A DNA stretch of 22,370 nt from Clostridium sp. CAG:167 (lineage in GTDB: Bacteria; Bacillota; Clostridia; Lachnospirales; Lachnospiraceae): assembly GCA_000433735.1 (NCBI GenBank), contig HF998339.1:12667-35036 (forward strand), in the 5' to 3' direction. Made by a program: the position numbers and the translations under genes. Under the pieces are notes generated by a model, which did not search any database, was not told where the DNA came from, and saw only the letters and a program-made list of their open reading frames with translations. Shown in pieces: positions 1 to 8,202 of this stretch; positions within the stretch are counted from its first letter, which is position 1; every line of letters begins with the position of its first letter.

Positions 1-1
1 T

Positions 2-424
2 GCCGGGTTAAGTTTTGTGTTTCAGCAGTTTGCGCTAATCCACGAATACAGTGTTTATGATAATATAGAACTTCCGCTGTTATGTCGCAGGATGCCCCAT
101 AAGAAAAAGAAGCAGCTGATACATAAATATGCCAGTTATCTGGGGATTGAGGATCTTTTGAAAAAGAAAGTGACCCAGATATCCGGCGGACAGCAGCAGC
201 GCGTGGCAATTGCCCGGGCTTTGGTGGCGGAGACGGATTTGATTTTGGCAGATGAGCCCACCGGGGCACTGGATCAGAATACAGGTAAGGAACTGATGCA
301 GGTGCTGCAGGATTTAAATAAGCAGGGAAAAACCATTATTTTAGTAACTCACAATCCAGAGATTGCAGAGATGACAGGAAAAACTTTGGAAATCTGCGAT
401 GGACAGTGTCTGGTAAAAGCATAA
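2..424 (+). CDS. ABC transporter ATP-binding protein, C-terminal part (5' end lies outside the window)
   Basis: The frame is open from the window edge (phase of nt 2) to TAA at 422-424. Motifs: Q-loop region [11 protein letters not shown] signature [15 protein letters not shown], Walker [14 protein letters not shown]-loop LVTHN. Confidence 0.9.
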   Translation, partial: AGLSFVFQQFALIHEYSVYDNIELPLLCRRMPHKKKKQLIHKYASYLGIEDLLKKKVTQISGGQQQRVAIARALVAETDLILADEPTGALDQNTGKELMQVLQDLNKQGKTIILVTHNPEIAEMTGKTLEICDGQCLVKA

Positions 425-449
425 ATCCTTAAAAATAAAACAGGATTCC

Positions 450-478
450 TTGACAAGTTACACACAATTCTCTAAAAT
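450..478 (+). promoter_or_regulatory. Sigma-A type promoter for metG
   Basis: TTGACA at 450-455, a 17-nt spacer, then TAAAAT at 473-478. It lies about 65 nt upstream of the metG start. Confidence 0.55.
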
Positions 479-543
479 TAGAGAGATAAGTCGTGATTTA
501 AGGTGGTGCGTGCGCCACTTAAGGATAGAAGATTAGGAGGATT

Positions 544-2505
544 ATGACCATGGCAAAGAAACCATATTATATCACTACCGCGATTGCCTATACATCCGGT
601 AAACCCCACATTGGAAATACTTACGAAATCGTTCTGGCAGATGCGATCGCCAGATACAAGAGATTTCAGGGATTTGATGTTCGTTTTCAGACAGGAACGG
701 ATGAACATGGACAGAAAATCGAGTTAAAGGCTGAAGAAGCAGGCATTACACCAAAAGAGTTTGTAGATAATGTATCCACAGAGATCCACAGAATCTGGGA
801 TCTGATGAACACTTCCTATGATAAGTTTATCCGTACAACGGATGAGGATCATGAAGCTCAGGTTAAGAAGATCTTCAAAAAGCTGTATGACAAAGGGGAT
901 ATTTATAAAGGTTTCTATGAAGGAATGTATTGTACACCATGTGAGTCTTTCTTTACGGCTTCCCAGTTGGTAGATGGCAAGTGCCCGGATTGTGGCAGAG
1001 AGTGCCAGCCGGCAAAGGAAGAAGCGTACTTTTTGAAACTCAGTAAATATCAGGATCGTCTTATGAAGCATATTGAGGACCATCCGGAGTTTATCCAGCC
1101 GGTTGCCCGTAAAAATGAGATGGTAAACAACTTCCTGAAACCGGGTCTGCAGGATCTGTGTGTTTCCAGAACCAGTTTTAAATGGGGAATCCCGGTAGAC
1201 TTTGATCCGAGTCACATTGTATATGTATGGCTGGATGCACTGAGCAACTATATTACCGGACTGGGATATGATGTAGACGGCAACCACGGCGATCTGTATG
1301 AAAAATACTGGCCGGCAGATCTGCACCTGATCGGAAAAGATATTATCCGTTTCCATACAATTTACTGGCCGATCATTTTGATGGCACTGGATATTCCGCT
1401 TCCAAAGCAGGTGTTTGGTCATCCATGGCTTCTGCAGGGAGACGGTAAAATGAGTAAGTCCAAGGGAAATGTGCTGTACGCAGATGATCTGGTAGATTTC
1501 TTTGGAGTGGACGCTGTGCGCTATTTTGTGCTTCATGAGATGCCATTTGAAAACGATGGTGTGATCACATGGGAACTGATGGTAGAGCGCATGAATTCAG
1601 ACCTTGCCAACACACTGGGCAACCTGGTAAACCGTACTATTTCCATGAGCAACAAATATTTTGGCGGTGTGGTAGAAAACAAAGAAGTATATGATGTGAT
1701 GGATGAGGACTTCAAGAAAGTTCTGTCTGAGACACCGGCCAAAGTGACAGCCAAGATGGACGAATTGAGAGTAGCAGATGCTATTTCTGAGATTTTTACT
1801 CTGTTTAAACGCTGCAACAAATATATTGACGAGACAGAGCCATGGGTTCTGGCAAAAGACGAGGCGAAGAAAGACCGTCTGGCTACGGTTCTGTACCATT
1901 TGATAGAGGGAATCCGTATGGGTGCTGTTTTACTGCAGTCCTTTATGCCGGAAACGTCTGAAAAAATCCTGTCCCAGATCCAGGCTGAGAACTGTGACCT
2001 TGAGAATCTGGCATTCGGACAGTATGTATCCGGTACAAAAGTAGTAGAAAAACCAGAAATTTTGTTTGCGAGACTGGATCTTTCCGAAGTGATGGCCCAG
2101 GTTGAAGAAAAATTTGGCAAACCGGCAGCAGAGGAAACAGCCGAGAGCCAGGAAGAAGCAGTAGATATCGAGGCAAAACCGGAAATTACATTTGATGATT
2201 TTATGAAAATGCAGTTCCAGGTAGGAGAGATCGTATCTTGTGAGGCAGTGCCAAAATCCAAGAAACTTCTTTGCAGCCAGGTGCGTGTAGGAAGCCAGAT
2301 GAAGCAGATTGTATCCGGCATCCGCAAATACTATACACCGGAAGAAATGGTTGGAAAGAAAGTGATGGTGCTTGTAAACCTGAAACCGGCTAAACTGGCA
2401 GGTGTGCTGTCAGAAGGAATGCTGCTTTGTGCAGAAGATGCAGAGGGTAATCTGGCACTGATGACTCCGGAAAAAGCAATGCCGGCAGGAGCAGAGATCT
2501 GCTAG
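544..2505 (+). CDS. metG: Methionine--tRNA ligase with C-terminal tRNA-binding domain
   Basis: 653-aa ORF. Motifs: HIGH-type KPHIGN, KMSKS as GKMSKSKG, Cys knuckle CTPCES...CPDCGREC, and a C-terminal Trbp111/EMAP-like domain (FQVGEIVSCEAVPKSKKLL...VNLKPAKLAGVLSEGMLL). AGGAGG sits at 535-540, so ATG 550 (9-nt spacing) is an alternative to ATG 544 (3-nt spacing). Confidence 0.97.
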   Translation: MTMAKKPYYITTAIAYTSGKPHIGNTYEIVLADAIARYKRFQGFDVRFQTGTDEHGQKIELKAEEAGITPKEFVDNVSTEIHRIWDLMNTSYDKFIRTTDEDHEAQVKKIFKKLYDKGDIYKGFYEGMYCTPCESFFTASQLVDGKCPDCGRECQPAKEEAYFLKLSKYQDRLMKHIEDHPEFIQPVARKNEMVNNFLKPGLQDLCVSRTSFKWGIPVDFDPSHIVYVWLDALSNYITGLGYDVDGNHGDLYEKYWPADLHLIGKDIIRFHTIYWPIILMALDIPLPKQVFGHPWLLQGDGKMSKSKGNVLYADDLVDFFGVDAVRYFVLHEMPFENDGVITWELMVERMNSDLANTLGNLVNRTISMSNKYFGGVVENKEVYDVMDEDFKKVLSETPAKVTAKMDELRVADAISEIFTLFKRCNKYIDETEPWVLAKDEAKKDRLATVLYHLIEGIRMGAVLLQSFMPETSEKILSQIQAENCDLENLAFGQYVSGTKVVEKPEILFARLDLSEVMAQVEEKFGKPAAEETAESQEEAVDIEAKPEITFDDFMKMQFQVGEIVSCEAVPKSKKLLCSQVRVGSQMKQIVSGIRKYYTPEEMVGKKVMVLVNLKPAKLAGVLSEGMLLCAEDAEGNLALMTPEKAMPAGAEIC

Positions 2506-2515
2506 AGGACTGACT

Positions 2516-3310
2516 ATGAACAGATGGATTTTTGATACACACAGTCATTATGACGATGAAGCATTTGACCAGGATAGACATGAGCTGCTCGGCTCCCTTA
2601 GAGATAAGGGAGTGGGGCAGCTTGTCAATGTAGGTGCAGATATGGCGTCCAGCAAAGAGGCGCTGGCACTGGCAAAGCAGTATGATTTTATTCATGCGGC
2701 GCTGGGAGTCCATCCCAGTGAAGTGGCGGATCTGACGGAGGCAGATATGGACTGGATCCGCAGCCATGCGTCCGAGGAAAAAGTGGTAGCCATTGGTGAG
2801 ATCGGTCTGGATTATCACTGGGATGAGCCGGAACCGGCGGCGCAGAGAAAGTGGTTTCTGCGGCAGATCCAACTGGCCAGGGAAGTGCAGCTTCCGGTGA
2901 TCATTCACAGCCGGGATGCGGCGGCAGAGACCATGGAACTATTGAAAGAGACCAAGGCCTATGAATGTGGCGGTGTGATCCACTGCTACTCCTATTCGCC
3001 GGAGATGGCCAAGGAATATGTGGAAATGGGCTTTTACATCGGTATCGGCGGTGTGGTAACTTTTAAAAATGCAAAAAAATGCATCCGGACGGTGGAGCAG
3101 ATCCCTCTGGACCGTATTGTACTGGAAACGGACTGCCCTTATATGGCACCGGAGCCAAACCGGGGAACCCGCAATGACTCTTCCAATCTGATCTATGTAG
3201 CAGAGAAAATCGGAGCATTGAAGGGTGTAACCACAGAGGAAGTAATAGAGACAACAACCCGAAACGCCTGCAGACTGTACGGCCTGCAGGAACTGGAAGA
3301 AAGGAATTGA
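2516..3310 (+). CDS. TatD-family metal-dependent hydrolase/DNase (YabD-like)
   Basis: 264-aa ORF with motifs DTHSHYDD, EIGLDYHW, IIHSRDA, IHCYS and ETDCPYM. It has the conserved position directly after metG. Confidence 0.92.
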   Translation: MNRWIFDTHSHYDDEAFDQDRHELLGSLRDKGVGQLVNVGADMASSKEALALAKQYDFIHAALGVHPSEVADLTEADMDWIRSHASEEKVVAIGEIGLDYHWDEPEPAAQRKWFLRQIQLAREVQLPVIIHSRDAAAETMELLKETKAYECGGVIHCYSYSPEMAKEYVEMGFYIGIGGVVTFKNAKKCIRTVEQIPLDRIVLETDCPYMAPEPNRGTRNDSSNLIYVAEKIGALKGVTTEEVIETTTRNACRLYGLQELEERN

Positions 3311-3314
3311 AAGT

Positions 3315-4190
3315 TTGGCAAAATTAGGAAATCCACAGGAAACCATAGAGGTTCTGCAGAAACATGATTTTCATTTTCAGAAAAAATTTGGACAGAATTT
3401 TCTCATTGACCCAAGGGTGCTGGAAAAGATCATTCAGGCGGCGGATGTGACAAAGGACGATTTTGTGCTGGAAATTGGCCCGGGCATCGGTACAATGACT
3501 CAGTATCTGTGCGAGGCGGCAAGGCAGGTACTGGCGGTAGAGATCGATCATAATCTGATCCCGATTTTGAAGGAGACATTAAGCGGTTATGACAATGTTT
3601 CGGTGCTGCAGGGAGATATTCTGAAGCAGGACATCCCGGCCATTGCCAGAGAGTACAACGAAGGCAGACCCATCAAGGTAGTGGCAAATCTGCCTTATTA
3701 CATTACGACGCCGATCCTTATGGGACTGTTTGAAAGCCATGTGCCCCTGTCCAGTGTGACGGTTATGGTACAGGAAGAGGTGGCAGACCGCATGAAGGCA
3801 GAGCCGGGAACCAAGGCCTACGGTGCCCTCTCTTTGGCGGTACAGTATTATGCGAAACCGACCATTGCAGCCCATGTGCCACCGAACTGTTTTATGCCCC
3901 GGCCGGGAGTTGGAAGTGCCGTGATCACGCTGAATTGTCTGGAAGCCACACCGGTGGAGGTAAAAAATGAAAAACTGATGTTTAAGCTGATCCGTGCGTC
4001 TTTTAACCAGCGGAGAAAAACGCTGCAAAACGGTTTGACAAACAGCAGTGAACTTCCTTTTTCCAAGGAAGAGGTAGGACAGGCAATCCAGGCAGCAGGA
4101 CTGCCGGCGGCCATCCGGGGAGAAAAACTGGGGCTGTCTGAATTTGCAGCACTTGCCAATTATTTTGAAGAGATGAAACAAAGTAAATAA
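3315..4190 (+). CDS. rsmA: 16S rRNA (adenine1518/1519-N6)-dimethyltransferase
   Basis: 291-aa ORF with a TTG start. Motifs: FGQNFL, SAM-binding LEIGPGIGTMT, NLPYYITTPI. It follows the tatD-like gene as in B. subtilis. Confidence 0.95.
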   Translation: MAKLGNPQETIEVLQKHDFHFQKKFGQNFLIDPRVLEKIIQAADVTKDDFVLEIGPGIGTMTQYLCEAARQVLAVEIDHNLIPILKETLSGYDNVSVLQGDILKQDIPAIAREYNEGRPIKVVANLPYYITTPILMGLFESHVPLSSVTVMVQEEVADRMKAEPGTKAYGALSLAVQYYAKPTIAAHVPPNCFMPRPGVGSAVITLNCLEATPVEVKNEKLMFKLIRASFNQRRKTLQNGLTNSSELPFSKEEVGQAIQAAGLPAAIRGEKLGLSEFAALANYFEEMKQSK

Positions 4191-4218
4191 AGCATATATC
4201 CTGTTTTTTTATCATAGA

Positions 4219-4674
4219 ATGGGAAAAAAGCGAAGGAGTATCTGCGTGGGAAAAACAAGAGTATGGCTCCTTGGGATCATATGCTGTCTGGTGGTCTGCC
4301 TGGCCGGCTGCGGACAGAAGACATCTACCGAAGAGAAAGGAAAGGGCAAAACACTGGAATATACAGTGGTTCCGGCAGAAGATGTGCCAGACACACTGAA
4401 AAAGGAAATTGATAAAAAGAAGATCAACAAATTTCAGATCACATACGAAGAAGGTGAATTTTTCTATCTGGCTTCCGGGTATGGAGAACGGCCTAGTTTT
4501 GGGTATAATATCAAAGTAAACGATTTATATTCCAAGGGGGATGTTTTGTACCTGGATACCACACTGACCGGACCGGAAGAGGGGGCAGTGGTGAAAAAGG
4601 CACCTTCTTATCCGTTTATTGTCATTAAGTTGAAAGCGTCCGGCACGGATAAAAAGGTGGAGTTTATTATGTAA
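4219..4674 (+). CDS. Lipoprotein, possibly PrcB C-terminal-domain family
   Basis: Signal peptide with lipobox LAG|C (…LLGIICCLVVCLAGCGQ). The mature part carries a GYGERPSFGYNIKV motif reminiscent of PrcB_C proteins. The in-frame GTG at 4246 is preceded by GAAGGAG (4232-4238, 7-nt spacing) and is a more likely start than ATG 4219, which has no RBS. Confidence 0.8.
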   Translation: MGKKRRSICVGKTRVWLLGIICCLVVCLAGCGQKTSTEEKGKGKTLEYTVVPAEDVPDTLKKEIDKKKINKFQITYEEGEFFYLASGYGERPSFGYNIKVNDLYSKGDVLYLDTTLTGPEEGAVVKKAPSYPFIVIKLKASGTDKKVEFIM

Positions 4675-4678
4675 CAGG

Positions 4679-4707
4679 ATAGGGGGGCCTCTTTGGCCAC
4701 CCCTGTT
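4679..4707. terminator. GC-rich hairpin between convergent genes (probable bidirectional terminator)
   Basis: The sequence ataggggggcc-tcttt-ggccacccctgtt forms a roughly 9-10 bp G/C stem with one bulge. It lies between the stop codons at 4674 (+) and 4719 (-). There is no long U-tract on either side. Confidence 0.45.
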
Positions 4708-4718
4708 ATCCGGTTTGA

Positions 4719-5090
4719 TTACAGATAGAGGCGCCGGCGGCTGCGGTAGCGGTAGCGTCGGTGCATAATTTCATGAAACAGGACAACCTCGATCATATCC
4801 CGCAGAAGAGAATCTTCCCGGGAGTAGGAATCGGGGTATTTTTTTCGGAAGTCTTTTTCAATGCCACTGGCAAGAATCTGCAGGGCTGTGCGGTCCGGGT
4901 ACTGATCAAACATAAGACTGCCTTCGTGCTCCATCTGGTCACAGACCTCTTCCACAAATTCACTGATCTGCCGAGTAATCTGCGGATACAGATATTTCAG
5001 ATAAGCATCGTCGTCTTCCAGTTCCCACAGGCGTCCGGCCCCGTATACCGGAGTAAGAGGTGGAATAAGAGGAGATTGATTGGATTTCAA
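4719..5090 (-). CDS. Hypothetical small protein with acidic core and Arg/Tyr-rich C-terminal tail
   Basis: The ORF is open up to GTG 5204, but TTG at 5090 is preceded by GGGAGGA (5103-5097, 6-nt spacing) while GTG 5204 has no RBS. Product: MKSNQSPLIPPLTPVYG...YPQITRQISEFVEEVCDQMEHEGSLMFDQYPD...HRRYRYRSRRRLYL. It is the only convincing minus-strand gene in the window. Confidence 0.7.
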   Translation of the reverse strand: MKSNQSPLIPPLTPVYGAGRLWELEDDDAYLKYLYPQITRQISEFVEEVCDQMEHEGSLMFDQYPDRTALQILASGIEKDFRKKYPDSYSREDSLLRDMIEVVLFHEIMHRRYRYRSRRRLYL

Positions 5091-5271
5091 AATGCATCCT
5101 CCCTGTTGGCGTTTATTACCTAATATATGAAAGTACAAATTTTTTGTGAGATGGATTGTGACAGCGGACACTTGCCACAAATATTTTTTGTGTATATCTT
5201 GCACTTTTCAAGGAAAGCCGTTAAACTATAGTAGACGATTTTTGCAAAAAAGTGCTTAAATAGATTGGAGA

Positions 5272-7803
5272 ATGAGATCAATGATCAAATATATATATAA
5301 AACAGTAGGACTGCTGTTGATTTTTGTGGGGGCTTTGTTCTTTTTTGGAAGCCGAATGTCTACAAATCTCAATGACACCAGCAAGGAATCAAAGCTGCAG
5401 GGAGAGACTTTTCCCTATATAACCCTGACTACCCAGGGACAGAAGATCAATACACTGTATGGATACGGTGAGACCACGGACGCCAATGTGATCCGTGAAA
5501 CCGTGACACCGTTAAATGACAGCAAAACTATACTTTTGAACCTGTCAGATGCCAAGGATTCTCTCACAAAGATTTCTTACCGGATCCTGGATAAGGAATC
5601 GGGGGAAGTGTATGATGAAAAAGAAGTGGGAGCGGTATCATCCGGTGACAAGACTATTACGATCACATTTGACTACAGTTTTAAAACCAGTACGGAGTAC
5701 ATTCTGGATCTGGTGGGCACAGCATCTTCAGGAAGAAAGATACATTATTACACCCGTCTGAAGTATTATCTGGAGGATTCCCATCTGGCAGATAAACTGG
5801 CTTTTGTCAGAAAGTTTCACAAGGCGACTTTCCAGAAGAGCAAACAGGATGAACTGGAGCAGTACCTGGAGCCAAGCAGCCAGAACGCCAACAGCACACT
5901 GGCAAAGGTAGATATTACATCCAGTTCCGATCTGGTGACATACAGTGCTATGGCACCAAAGGTAATATCTGAGGAACTGGTTTCTGTAAAAGAATACAAT
6001 ATGGAGACAGCCTGTATCCAGTATAATTATTTTGTAAAAGCAGCCACTGCTTCTGGCAGTGAGATTTATCATATGAAAGAATTTTATCGTGTCCGTTATG
6101 CCGGAGGACATGATTATCTGCTGAATTTTGAGAGAACCATGGAAGCAGAGTTTAACCCGGATTGCGCAAGCCCTCAGACAGGACAGCTGAAACTGGGAAT
6201 TACACAGGAGCATGACAGCCGTATGCTGACCGATGCAGGTGGCAGCCAGCTGTATTTTGAACGGGGTGGTTCTCTGTACTGCTATGACATGAAGGCAAAC
6301 CAGGTAGTAACAGTATACAGTTCTTTTGAACAGAATGCATCTTATGCATACAAAGCTTACAACGAGCAGGATATTCGTCTGCTAAAAGTGGATGATGAGG
6401 GGAATCTGTACTTCTGCGTCTATGGATATTTTCCGCGGGGAGAATATGAAGGAGATGTGGCAGTGGTATTGTATGAATACACCAAGGACAAGGAATTGAA
6501 AGAAATGGTGTATATGCCGGCCAATGCCAGTTACCAGCAGCTGAAAGAAGATTTTGCATCATACGGTTATGTCAGCCCAAGGGGAATCTATTATTTCACC
6601 GTGGGAAATACCGTGTATGCCTACAATATGTCCGGGAAACGACTGGAAAAACTGGCAGAGAATATAAAAAGCACTTCCTTTATGACCATGGAAAAAGCCA
6701 ACTGTTATGTGTGGTCCTCTTCTATGGGCAGGGGATATGGAGACAGCCTGACCATTTACAATCTGGAAAATGATGAGAAGACCGTGATCCCGTCGGAGGA
6801 CAAAAATGTCAGTATCCGTCTGCTGGGAGTCATTGAGGGAAATGTTGTGTTCGGAAGAGTGAGAAATTCGGACATTGTGACCAATGCAGATGGTTCCAAG
6901 ACCATTCCTTGTTATCAGATTGAGATCGCAGACACAGCAGGGCAGATCAAGAAAACCTATACAAAAGATGGGCAGTATGTCCAGTCTATCCGTGCCAATG
7001 GAAATGTGATCAACATGAAGTTATGCAAAAAATCCGGTGCTTCTTATACAGAGACCGGAGAAGATAGTATTTTGACGGCTACACAGCAGGAGAGCACCAA
7101 GATTTCCTATGAATCAAGAGTTACCAGCAAATCTTTGACAGAGTGGTATATACAACTGCCGTCTTCCTTTACCATGGAAGAGGCACCGAAGAAAGCAGCC
7201 GGACCGTCTACGGTATATTACAGCGGCCGCTATGTGCGTCTGGAACAGCCGGCGAGAACCAAGTATTATGTGTCTGCCCTGGGTCGTATCACTGCTTCCT
7301 ATGAGAGTGCCAGAGCTGCTATCAAAGAGGCAGACCGGCAGATGGGTGTGGTGATCTCCAGCAAACAGCAGATTGTATGGGAGCGAAGCGGAAGTTTCCT
7401 GATGAACAACATCGGCGGTCTTGAAATGACCAAGGAGGGCAATGGCGTGTCTAACCTGGGGGCCTGCGCTTATATGATATTGAAACAGAACCATTTCACC
7501 GTGGATGCCAGGGAACTGTCTGCGGCCAACAAATCCATTTATGAAATGCTGGCGTCCTATATGCCGGAAACCATCAATCTCAAAGGATGTACTCTGGAGC
7601 AGGTACTTTACTTTGTCAGCAACAATAAAGCGGTGGCGGCGTCTACCGGAACTGGCAAAGCGGTGGTGATCAGTGGTTACACAAGCAGCCAGCTGTATCT
7701 GTTCAATCCGGAGAAAAATAAAGAAGTAAAAGTCAGCCGTTCGGAATATGAAAAAATATTCAAACAGGCAGGAAATCAGTTTGTAAGTTATATGGAGGAC
7801 TAA
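5272..7803 (+). CDS. Large membrane-anchored hypothetical protein (N-terminal TM helix, repeat-rich ectodomain, C39/papain-like C-terminal module)
   Basis: 843-aa ORF with hydrophobic helix VGLLLIFVGALFFFG near the N-terminus. GGAG at 5267-5270 favours ATG 5281 (10-nt spacing) over ATG 5272 (1-nt spacing). The TAA stop at 7801-7803 directly abuts the cdd ATG. Confidence 0.85.
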   Translation: MRSMIKYIYKTVGLLLIFVGALFFFGSRMSTNLNDTSKESKLQGETFPYITLTTQGQKINTLYGYGETTDANVIRETVTPLNDSKTILLNLSDAKDSLTKISYRILDKESGEVYDEKEVGAVSSGDKTITITFDYSFKTSTEYILDLVGTASSGRKIHYYTRLKYYLEDSHLADKLAFVRKFHKATFQKSKQDELEQYLEPSSQNANSTLAKVDITSSSDLVTYSAMAPKVISEELVSVKEYNMETACIQYNYFVKAATASGSEIYHMKEFYRVRYAGGHDYLLNFERTMEAEFNPDCASPQTGQLKLGITQEHDSRMLTDAGGSQLYFERGGSLYCYDMKANQVVTVYSSFEQNASYAYKAYNEQDIRLLKVDDEGNLYFCVYGYFPRGEYEGDVAVVLYEYTKDKELKEMVYMPANASYQQLKEDFASYGYVSPRGIYYFTVGNTVYAYNMSGKRLEKLAENIKSTSFMTMEKANCYVWSSSMGRGYGDSLTIYNLENDEKTVIPSEDKNVSIRLLGVIEGNVVFGRVRNSDIVTNADGSKTIPCYQIEIADTAGQIKKTYTKDGQYVQSIRANGNVINMKLCKKSGASYTETGEDSILTATQQESTKISYESRVTSKSLTEWYIQLPSSFTMEEAPKKAAGPSTVYYSGRYVRLEQPARTKYYVSALGRITASYESARAAIKEADRQMGVVISSKQQIVWERSGSFLMNNIGGLEMTKEGNGVSNLGACAYMILKQNHFTVDARELSAANKSIYEMLASYMPETINLKGCTLEQVLYFVSNNKAVAASTGTGKAVVISGYTSSQLYLFNPEKNKEVKVSRSEYEKIFKQAGNQFVSYMED

Positions 7804-8202
7804 ATGGAAGAGTTGATACAAAAGGCCATGGAGGCCAGAGAAAAGGCCTATGCGCCGTACTCCGGTTTTATGGTAGGAGCGGCACTGCAATGTGCAGACG
7901 GCACGGTGTATACAGGATGTAATATTGAAAATGCCGGCTATACGCCTACTAACTGCGCCGAGCGGACGGCTTTTTTCAAGGCGGTCAGCGAAGGAAAGCG
8001 GGAATTTGTGCGGATTGCCATTGTAGGCGGCAGGCAAGGGGAAATGGCGGCACCATCTCCCTGCGGCGTTTGTCTGCAGGTGATGGCAGAGTTCTGTGAT
8101 CCGGCAGAGTTTGAGATCGTGTGTGCAAAAAGCGGAAAAGAATACACAGTAAGAAAATTAGGAGAGATGTTGCCATATGGATTTACCAAAGAAGTTCTGT
8201 GA
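7804..8202 (+). CDS. cdd: Cytidine deaminase
   Basis: 132-aa ORF with zinc and catalytic motifs CAERTA and PCGVCLQ. The RBS GGAGGA lies within the last codons of the upstream gene. Confidence 0.95.
   Translation: MEELIQKAMEAREKAYAPYSGFMVGAALQCADGTVYTGCNIENAGYTPTNCAERTAFFKAVSEGKREFVRIAIVGGRQGEMAAPSPCGVCLQVMAEFCDPAEFEIVCAKSGKEYTVRKLGEMLPYGFTKEVL

Noticed and set aside
423-450. Weak hairpin aatcct-N13-aggatt after the ABC gene as a terminator
   Set aside because: The stem is only 6 bp and AT-rich, with a 13-nt loop and no T-run. That is too weak to call.
425-543. Possible T-box riboswitch upstream of metG
   Set aside because: Only about 65 nt are available between the promoter and the start codon. 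No specifier-loop or antiterminator architecture is present, and no terminator T-run.
724-2327. Long minus-strand ORFs (724-1536, 270 aa; 1533-2327, 264 aa; also 1597-1899 and 1943-2176) antisense to metG
   Set aside because: They lie entirely inside a gene with unmistakable MetRS motifs. Their products are low-complexity (Ser/Ile/Phe/Cys-rich) with no RBS or recognisable motif. They are typical shadow ORFs on the antisense strand.
5091-5204. Longer version of the minus-strand small protein starting at GTG 5204
   Set aside because: GTG 5204 has no Shine-Dalgarno sequence. The extension would consume the divergent promoter region. TTG 5090 has GGGAGGA at ideal spacing. This remains unproven, so it is also mentioned in the findings.
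7114-8037. 307-aa minus-strand ORF spanning the end of the 843-aa gene and the start of cdd
   Set aside because: It is an Arg/His/Phe-rich shadow translation opposite two well-supported + strand genes. It has no RBS and crosses a gene boundary.
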